From Eledone cirrhosa (taxonomy: Eukaryota): 64,000 nt of DNA. Of the stretch, positions 34,201-44,600 are shown piece after piece (the first letter of the stretch is position 1; the number at the start of each line of letters is the position of its first letter). The stretch lies in contig OZ024743.1 in the NCBI GenBank assembly GCA_964016885.1, forward strand, positions 204,724,001 through 204,788,000, given 5' to 3'. The translations under genes were made by a program, and so were the position numbers. The notes below the pieces were generated by a model. The model saw only the letters and a program-made list of their open reading frames with translations, had not been told where the DNA came from and ran no database searches.

Positions 34201-36155
34201 ACGCCATTAAAAAGACCATTAAAAACTCCATTAAAACATCCTTGAATCTATTAAAAATTTCATTAAAAACGCAATCAAAAATTCCATTAAAAACCCATTT
34301 AAAAACTCATAAACAACACCATTGAAAACCCAATTAAAAACTCCATAAAAAACCCATTAAACACCATCGAAAATCCCATTAAAATTCCATTAAAACACCA
34401 TTAAAAAGCCATTAAAACCCAATTTTAAACGCAATTAAAAACTGAATTAAAACACTATTAAAAACTCATAAAAAAGGCTCATAAATAATGGGGTTTTCAA
34501 TTGTTTTTTATGAAATTTATAATATGGCTTTTAATGAACTTTTTAATGGGCTTTTAGTGGAGTTTTTAATGGATTTTTATGGAATTTTTAATGACATTAT
34601 TAATGGTTTTTTAGTTGGGCTTTTTGTGATGTTTTAATGGCGTTTTTATGACATTTTATTGTGTTTTGTGGCGTTTTAATGGCGTTTTAATTGGTTTGTT
34701 ATTGGGTTTTTAATAGAGTTTTATGAACTTTTAATATGGGGTTAATGGGTTTTGAATGTGTTTTCAATGGAACTTTTAATTGAGTTTTTAATGAAATTTC
34801 TAATGGGATGTGTAATTGAATTTTTAATTGGTTTTTAATGGGTTTAGTGGGTTTATAGTGGAGTTTTTAATGGTGTTTTAATGGTGCTTCGATTGAGTTT
34901 TTAATTGAGTTTTTAATTGAGTTTTTACTGAGTTTTTAATTGAGTTCTTATTTTATTTTATTTTATTTATTTTTTATATTTAATTTTTTTTTATTTTTTT
35001 TTTATTTTATTTTATTTTTATTTATTTTATTTTATTTTATTTTATTTTATTTTATTTATTTTATTTTATTTTATTTATATTTTTTAGTTTTTTTTATTTT
35101 ATTTTATTTTATTTTTTTTTATTTTTTTTTATTTTATTTTATTTTATTTTATTTTATTTTATTTTATTTTATTTTATTTTATTTTATTTTATTTTATTTT
35201 ATTTTATTGAGTTTTTAATTTAGTTTATAATTTAGTTTATAACTTAGTTTATAATTTAGTTTATTTCTCCCTCTTCTCCCCCTACTGTCCTCTACAGCCA
35301 GATCTGCCTTTCTTTACCCCTCCCAAGTCTCTTCCCTCTTCTCCCCCTACTGTCCTCTACAGCCTGATCTGCCTTTCTTTACCCCTCCCTAGTCTCTTCA
35401 TTATTCAGTTTTGTTTTTATCTTTCTAAAACATCCTAGTTTTAATGAAATTAAAAGGAAATAGCAATCGCTATAAGTGTGCAAGCCAGCATGTAACTTCA
35501 TGTGTGTGTGTTTTTAATGGAGTTTTTAATTGAGTTTTAATGGAGTTTTAATTGAGTTTATAATGGAGATTTAAATGGAATTTTTAATTGAGTTTTAATG
35601 TAGTTTTAATGGTGTTTTATGCCGTTTTAATGGTATTTTAATGGGGTTTTTATTTGGTTTTTTATAAAGTTTTGGGCGCGCTTTTAATAGGGGTTTAATG
35701 GGTTTTCAGTGTAGTTTTTAATGACATTTTTAATGGTTTTCCAATGGAACCTTAGTGGTGTGTTAATGCAATTTTAATTGGCTTAATGGGCTTTTAATTG
35801 TGTTTTTAATGGTGTTTTAATTGAGTTTTTAATTGCGTTTTAATTGACTTTTTATTTCGGTTTAAATTTGAGGTTTTAATGTCTTTTCGAGGGGGGTTTA
35901 ATGGGGGTTTTAATGGAGTTTTAATGGGGACTTTTAATGGAAACTTTAATTTTGTTTTAATTGGGTTTTTATGGGTTTCCAATGTGGTTTTTAATGGCGC
36001 TTTTATTGGCATTCTTAATGATGTTTTAATTGTGTTTTAATGGGGGGTTTGGTTGGGGTTTTAATGGAGTGTTTTTTGAGCTTATAATGGGGTTTTTAAT
36101 GGGTTTTTCAAAATAGATTTTTAATTGAATTTTTAATGTGGTTTTTAATGGGATT

Positions 36156-36187
<32 letters not shown>

Positions 36188-36202
36188 TATATAGTGTGTG
36201 CG

Positions 36203-36234
<32 letters not shown>

Positions 36235-36827
36235 ACACAAATATTAGCATATACATATTTTCTTAGTAATTGAGGATGTGTTTTTTATACATACATATGC
36301 ATATTGCATCCATACATACACACATACAAGCATATACATACACATACACACACATATATATACACACACTGTATATATATACATACACACACACACATAT
36401 ATATATATACACCACACACTATATATATATATAGTGTGTGCGTGTATATATATATGTGTGTGTGTGTGTATGTATATATATATATACAGTGTGTGTATAT
36501 ATGTGTGTGTGTATGTCTATGTATATGCTTGTATGTGTGTATGTATGTATGTATGCAATATGCATATGTATGTATAAAAACACATCCTCAATGACTAAGA
36601 AATTATGTATATGCTAATATTTGTGTTAGTGTCTATATAAATGTATGTATGTAGTATATGCAAGTGTTCGTGCAAATTGAAAATAGATTTAATAATTTTA
36701 ATAATATCTAGAACAATGTGATCTAAAAAAAATATTTTTTAAGATACGAATATATCGTTGTCAGCTTAATATGGCACTAACGCAAAATATAAATCCCAGT
36801 TTATATATAGTGTGTAACATGAAAGTG

Positions 36828-36864
<37 letters not shown>

Positions 36865-37153
36865 ATATATATATATATATATATTTAATATATATATATA
36901 TATATATATATATTTAATATATATATATATATATATATATTTAATATATATATATATATATATATATTTAATATATATATATATATATATATATTTAATA
37001 TATATATATATATATATATGTAGATAAATCTACCAAGAGTTTACGGTAGTGTCCAATCCGTATGAAGAACTCAATGTATTCCGGATATCATGGAAAGAAG
37101 AGATGTAATGAAAAACGACTTTCGGTGAAAGATAAACGGTATACAGAGTCAAG

Positions 37154-37752
37154 ATAAAATATTAAACAAATAATGAATAAACAATTCCTTATATTAAACA
37201 AAAAAAGTTCATTATTTAACGATCGTTTCTAGGATATATATGTGTTATAATTGGTATGCATATTCAACAGATCTATGTACAAAATTATACAAAATTATAC
37301 AAATTATCAAGATTAAATATACATACCAAACACATATATACGCCGTCTTCAGAAATAATGAAGTATATTTATTGATAATAACAACAATTCAAAATTTCAG
37401 TTCAAAATTGACCAATGAAAACACAAAGGGTTAAATGCAGTTCGGTGTGTGTATATACATGTAAAACCCTTACACATATTTTACAAAAATGTATGTATAA
37501 TTTGTATACGCATACTAAAAGGATGGATGCAAATACGAAATTTCAAGGTTAATGTCTCTGTGAGCTTACAATGCGCAGATAAGATACTTATGAAATCAAG
37601 TATATAAATATATTTTTTCATACTCACACATATCAGTACAATCACACATACACGCGCGTATATGCATAAATATACACATAACCACGAACATACAAACACA
37701 CACACACCCCCACTCACATTTATATATGTGGATATAAAATCATAAGCACATG
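37154..37752 (-). repeat. Left 599-bp inverted repeat (putative 3' pseudo-LTR)
   Basis: ATAAAATATTAAACAAATAATG...ATCATAAGCACATG is the reverse complement of 40843-41441. The ORF track gives identical 64-aa and 78-aa translations from both copies. Confidence 0.97.
37208..37362 (-). ncRNA. Type I hammerhead ribozyme fold (mirror copy in the left inverted repeat)
   Basis: The plus strand reads TTCATTATTTAACGATCGTTTC...TCTTCAGAAATAATGAA, the reverse complement of 41233-41387. Confidence 0.82.
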
Positions 37753-37934
37753 GATATTAATTCACTCACATAAAACACTGGCACACACATTTCTAGATCA
37801 AGATACAGAAATTAGGTGGGAGGGGGGGGAGGGGTCAGTATTCAACTGTCTGAGCAAACTGTCTAATATAAATGTATCTATAAATTAAGAAAAATAAAAA
37901 AATAAAACAATAAAATATAATAAATATAATATAA

Positions 37935-38241
37935 TATACATACACATACAGATATATACACATACATACATGTACGCACACATAGAAATATTTACGCATA
38001 CACACATACACACATACATATACAGTCATACACACACATACACTTACACGAACATACACATACACATATATAAAGATATATATATACACACACACACACA
38101 CACGCAACACATACACACATACACATATATATAAAAATAAATAATAAAGATATATATATACACACACACACACACGCAACACATACACACATACACATAT
38201 ATATAAAAATAAATAATAAAGATATATACCTATATATATAT

Positions 38242-38290
<49 letters not shown>

Positions 38291-38691
38291 CACACACATA
38301 CATCTAAATATACATACACATACATACACACATACATGTACATACATGTACATACATATACGCACATCGATATACATATATATATATATACATATATATA
38401 TATACACACACATAGACATGTAGATACATACACACACAACTTACATACACACATATATATATACATGTATATTCATACATAGAATTAGATATATAATCAT
38501 ACATACTTATGCACTTACTTATACTCATATATACAAATACATACGCATCTATATATGCATATATACATAAAAAAAAAACTACAACCTCACCTAACTCAGA
38601 CATACAAATAAAAATAATAATAAAAAGGCATATGTATATACATACACACCCGCATTAATAGAGATATATATATAGAGACACATACATACAC

Positions 38692-38753
<62 letters not shown>

Positions 38754-38756
38754 ACT

Positions 38757-38800
<44 letters not shown>

Positions 38801-39020
38801 GATATCCACACACTCATACCACCATAAATACACATACAAACACCCACATATATATATATATACACACGTATATATATATATACATATATATACACACACA
38901 TAAAAAACAGACATGCACATATATATATACATTAATTACACTTATACATACACATATTATATACACGTACACAACCTCACTTATACATACATACACATAA
39001 GTTATATTATAATAATAAAG

Positions 39021-39075
<55 letters not shown>

Positions 39076-39165
39076 CATACATACATACATATACATACAT
39101 ACATATAAACATATACATACATAAATACACACATACTAATAAAGACATATATTCACACATAGACA

Positions 39166-39211
<46 letters not shown>

Positions 39212-39730
39212 TATATACATATATACACACACACATATACACAGACACATATACACACTCACATATATATATGTGTGTGTGCGCACACACACATATGTAC
39301 ACACACACACACAAATACACATAAACACATACATATGCATACATGCACACACACACACACATATATATCACATAGATACGAAGATAAACATATAAGTAGA
39401 GAGACATACATATATATACAACACACATACACACACATACATACACACGCATATACATATACATATATATATACATATATATATTCCTATATATACATGC
39501 ATACACATATATACACATATATACACATACATACACATATACGTACACACATTCACATACACATACATATATAATGCATATATACACATATATACATACA
39601 TATACACACTCATATATACACACGCAATCTTACATTCATATTTGCATGCGCATATATGTATTTTTATATTTAGATATAAATACCCAAACCTATATAGACA
39701 CCTACCTACATATATATTCATACATAGACG
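37935..39730. repeat. Mixed (CA)/(TA)/(TACA) low-complexity region in the body of the insertion
   Basis: Dense degenerate CA/TA/TACA runs. This region is the source of the CVYI-type ORFs. Confidence 0.92.
38071..38229 (+). repeat. ~73-bp tandem duplication within the insertion body
   Basis: TAAAGATATATA recurs at 38071, 38145 and 38217, with (CA)nCGCAACACATACACACATACACATATATATAAAAATAAATAA between occurrences. Confidence 0.88.
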
Positions 39731-40277
39731 CTTACAAATACAGATGATAATAGTATGGGGGAAAGGGGGGGTTTGGAGAAAGGGGATCAAAGTAAATATA
39801 TGTTTCAAGAAACATAGAAAATTTTCCGTATTTTTATCCAATGTATGTTCTTACATATTTTCAGTGTTAGGAAATACGACAAACAAGAACCAAGGCAAAA
39901 TCTATGCATCTCAAAATAAATAAGTATATCATTAATCATATGTTAACTAAACCAAAGATAGTCAACATATTGATTTCTAAGGTGTAAATTAGTTAGGTTT
40001 ATAATATTTGAAGCAGAATTTTGAAGTCAAACAGTAGTAGATTATTAATTACAGTATAACTAAATTAAAGTTAATAACGTTATGGTATCAATATTAGGAA
40101 ATGAATTTAGTAATAGGGAAAAAAATAAAATAAAGTATTACATCGGTAGTAGAATATAAATTATATGTTAACTAAATTAAAAATTATATACTTATTTCAA
40201 TAGTATATGTTAATTAGGTATACAATACATAAAGCAGATACTGTATTTCATCAATAGCATAATATAATTATATGCAA

Positions 40278-40341
40278 ATAGAAATCAAAATTAATACGCA
40301 TACATATACATATACATACACATACACATATACATACATAT

Positions 40342-40396
<55 letters not shown>

Positions 40397-40457
40397 TACA
40401 TACATACACATACACATACACACACACACATACACATACACATATACATATACATAT
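40278..40457. repeat. (TACA)/(TA)/(CA) compound microsatellite in the insertion body
   Basis: Directly visible simple repeats embedded in AT-rich unique sequence. Confidence 0.85.
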
Positions 40458-40842
40458 CTTTTTCAAAAAAATTGCATAGAATATATTAACTAGGTATATA
40501 TCCAAAACGCATCCCATTCTATGATTACATGACATTCTGCAATTCGTCTGTATAAGGATACTAATTTTAAGCAAATTAAAATAAAATTTTTAGGTTGATT
40601 AAAACTAAAACCAAATAATAAATATATTTCTAAAATGTATATTAATTAGGTCTATAATACTAAAAATTATTTCTCTGTCATTGGATACACGATATTATTT
40701 TGTTATATTTTATCTGTAAAAGAGTTATAATAAAAGGTTTAAATAAATTAAAATTAATCTATAAATTAAATTACTAAGTATATATTAGTAATATTTAAAG
40801 GTTTTTCACAATTTATGATTACATAATATTTTATATTCTCAT

Positions 40843-41441
40843 CATGTGCTTATGATTTTATATCCACATATATAAATGTGAGTGGGGGTGTGTGTGTGTT
40901 TGTATGTTCGTGGTTATGTGTATATTTATGCATATACGCGCGTGTATGTGTGATTGTACTGATATGTGTGAGTATGAAAAAATATATTTATATACTTGAT
41001 TTCATAAGTATCTTATCTGCGCATTGTAAGCTCACAGAGACATTAACCTTGAAATTTCGTATTTGCATCCATCCTTTTAGTATGCGTATACAAATTATAC
41101 ATACATTTTTGTAAAATATGTGTAAGGGTTTTACATGTATATACACACACCGAACTGCATTTAACCCTTTGTGTTTTCATTGGTCAATTTTGAACTGAAA
41201 TTTTGAATTGTTGTTATTATCAATAAATATACTTCATTATTTCTGAAGACGGCGTATATATGTGTTTGGTATGTATATTTAATCTTGATAATTTGTATAA
41301 TTTTGTATAATTTTGTACATAGATCTGTTGAATATGCATACCAATTATAACACATATATATCCTAGAAACGATCGTTAAATAATGAACTTTTTTTGTTTA
41401 ATATAAGGAATTGTTTATTCATTATTTGTTTAATATTTTAT
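40843..41441 (+). repeat. Right 599-bp inverted repeat (putative inverted 5' pseudo-LTR)
   Basis: CATGTGCTTATGATTTTAT...CATTATTTGTTTAATATTTTAT followed by (AT)n. Same length as the left arm; no differences noticed. Confidence 0.97.
41233..41387 (+). ncRNA. Type I hammerhead ribozyme fold with extended stem II
   Basis: Stem I TTCATTATTT (41233-42) pairs with AAATAATGAA (41378-87). Core CTGAAGA at 41243-49, stem II at 41250-41365, GAAA at 41366-69, stem III AC-GATC-GT. NUH triplet GTT, predicted cut after 41377. The pair closing stem II is a non-canonical C.A. Confidence 0.82.
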
Positions 41442-41463
41442 ATATATATATATATATATTTAA

Positions 41464-41509
<46 letters not shown>

Positions 41510-41643
41510 ATACACATATATATGTGTAAATATATATATACACATATATATGTGTAAATATATATATACACATATATATATACACATATATATGTGTAAA
41601 TATATATATATACATATATATGTATGTATATATATATATATAT

Positions 41644-44600
41644 AAACACCATTAAAAACTCCATTGAAAAGCTCATAAAAACTCATTAAAAACCCAATAA
41701 ATAGCACACTAAACCACCATTAAAAGCTACATCCGAAACCCATTAAAAACTATATTAAAACACCATTAAAATTCCATTAAAAACCACATTAAAATCCATT
41801 AAAAATCCAATTAAAAACAGTAAAAACTTAATTGTAAACGTAATCGAAAGCGCAAGTAAAACAACATTAAAACCATTTAACACCCCATTAAAACCCACAA
41901 AAATACCACCAGAACCCATTAAAATCCCATAACCGCCATTAAAATTCCATTAAAAATATTATCAAAAACTTCATTTAAAACACACTGGAAACCCATTAAA
42001 CTTCATAATTCTCGTTAAAAAAAATTCATTAAAAACTCAATCAAAAACCCAATTAAAAGGCCATAAAAGAAACATTAAAACAGCATTTAAAATACCATTA
42101 AAAACGCCATAAAAAACATTAAAATCCCATTAAAAATACATTAAAGGCCCATTAAAAATTCCACTAAAAACCTCATTGAAAACCCCATTTAAAACCTAAT
42201 TAGAAGCTCATAAAAACTCCCAAAACCCAAAAAAAAAACAATTAAAATGTCATTAAAACGTCATAAAACGCTATTAAAACGTCATTAAAAATGTCATTAA
42301 AAACTCCATTGATAACTCAATTAAAAACTGCATTTTACCCCCCTCCTCCCCCATTAAAAACACATTAAACACTCCATTAAAATTACCATTAAAAACCAAT
42401 TAAATACTCCATTAAACACTATATTAAAACCGCAATTATAAATTCTTTAAAAATCCAATTAAAAACCATATTATAAACTCCATTAAAAATCCAATTAAAA
42501 ACCCTACTGAAAATCCCATTATAAAATTACATAAAAAACCCATAATAATAGTCCTTAAAAAAAACAATTAAAAATCCTATTAAAACGCCATAAAAAACAC
42601 CATTAAAACGTCATTAAAAATACAATTGAAAACACCATTAAAAACTACATTGCAAATTCCATTAAAAGACCCATTAAAAACTCCATTAAAAACACCACTA
42701 AAAAGTCCATTAAAAAGCTCATAAAACCCATTAAAATACAATTAATAACCAATTAACACTCCATTAAAAACCATTACAACCGTCATTAAAATGCCATAAA
42801 ATACCATTAAAACGCCATTAAGAACGCCATTAAAATCGTCATTAAAAACCTCATTAAAAACTACATTAAAACTTCATTAAAAACTCCATTAAAACCTCCA
42901 TTATAAACTCTATTAAACTCCATTAAAAACTCAATTAAATCCCCCATTAAACCCCCATTAAGCCCCATTAAAAGCCCCTGAAAAATGCAACTAAAAACAA
43001 ATTTTAAAACCCCATTAAAACACAATTAAAAGTCCATTGGAAACCCCATTAAAATTCCATTAAAAATTCATTAAAAACTTAGTAAAAACTCGTTTTTATA
43101 CTCAATTAAAAAGGTAATTGAAAACTCAATTAGCACACCATTAAAAACTCATTAAAAAGCCCATAAAAACTCCATAAAAAATCTAATTGAAAAACATTAA
43201 AAATTCAGTTAAAAACCTGATTGAAAACCCCAATAAAAGTTCATTAAAAAAACTCCATTAAAAAATCAATCAAAACCCCATTAAAATAACATTGAAACTT
43301 ATCGAAGCGTCATTAAGGATACCATTAAAAACACCATTAAAACGGCATTGAAAACCCATTATAAAAAATTAAAGGGTCCGTAAAAAACACCATTATAAAT
43401 CCATTAAAAACCTAATTGAAAAACCCATTAAAACTCAATTTTTAAACTAGATTAAAAACGCAATTAAAAACGCAATTAAAAGCTCAATGAAAAACCATTA
43501 AAAACACCATTAAAAACTCTAAAAAAAAAAGAGCACTAGCCATTAAAACTCCATTAAAACCCATTGAAACCTACTACCCCCATTAAACCCCATTAAAATT
43601 GCATTAAACACATTACACATCCATTAAAGCCCATTAGAAGGACCATCAAATATTTAAATTTAAACTAAATCAGAAACTCGCTTAAAACACCATTAAAAAC
43701 ACATTAAAATGTCACTAATACCATTAACAACCACACCAAAAACTCCATTAATATACCATTAAAAACCGCATTGAAAACCCATAAAATCCCAAGTAAAGAT
43801 CTTTTAAAAAACTACATTAAAAACCCAATTAAAAAACCCATTAAAACGCCATAAAAGTCATTAAAACGTCATTTAAAGTACCATTAAAAACGTCACTAGA
43901 AACCCAATTAAAAACACATTAAAAATTCCATTTGAAACCATATTAAAAATTTCATTAAATGCAATATTGAAAAACCCATTAAAAACACCAGTGAAAACTC
44001 ATATAAATACTCAATTAAAAAACCAATTAAAAATCCTATTTAAACGTCACTAAAACACCATAAAAAAACACAATTAAAACGTCATTAAAACACCATTAAA
44101 CTATCATTAAAAATTACATTGAAAACACCATTAAAAATTCAATTAAAACCCCATTAAAAATCCATTAAAAAGATCATCATGAACGCACTTAAACACCATC
44201 AAAAACGCATTAAAAATTAAATTAAAAAGCAATTAATTTTTTTTATCAAACCCCCATTTATCAAACCTCCATTAAACACTCCATTAAAAACAACATTGAA
44301 AACCCCCATTAAAAGCTCATACAAAATTATATTAAAAACCCAATAAAAAACAATTACAACGCCATTAAAACATCATAAAAACTCATTAAAATGTCATTTA
44401 AAATGCCATTAAAACCCTCACGGGGGGAAACGCAATTAAAAACACCATTAGAAATTTCATTAAAAACTCCATTAAAAATCATATTTAAAGTCAATTAGAA
44501 CCCTTATTATAAATTCCATTAAAACCCATTAAGTATCCAATTGAAAAATCCATTAAGAGCTCATTAAAAATACTCCATTAAAAACCCAATTAAAAATCAT

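Larger units (their letters stand above)
37020..41441 (-). mobile_element. Probable 5'-truncated or non-autonomous Penelope-like retroelement (PLE) with inverted pseudo-LTRs, inserted in (TA)n
   Basis: Present in only one unit and flanked by (TA)n on both sides. It has 599-bp inverted repeats each carrying a hammerhead fold, and a 134-bp extension beyond only one repeat. No RT or GIY-YIG ORF is visible. The insertion itself is seen directly; the PLE assignment is inferred from known PLE architecture. Confidence 0.75.
31213..41643 (+). repeat. Macrosatellite unit U5, interrupted by a 4.4-kb insertion
   Basis: Normal unit up to the (TA)n/TTAA block at 37019. The block resumes at about 41442 and the unit ends normally. 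Confidence 0.95.

Noticed and set aside
37240-37717. 64-aa and 78-aa ORFs duplicated in the inverted repeats
   Set aside because: Short, with no RT, GIY-YIG or transposase motifs. The 64-aa ORF is antisense to the hammerhead. Their identity only reflects repeat identity.
37835-40574. Up to 200-aa ORFs in the insertion body as a transposase or RT
   Set aside because: All are low-complexity microsatellite translations with no catalytic motifs.
37154-41441. Cut-and-paste DNA transposon or Polinton with 599-bp TIRs
   Set aside because: The repeats are not terminal on the left (134-bp overhang), there are no recognisable TIR end motifs or ORF, and the hammerheads point to a PLE. Disfavoured rather than formally excluded.
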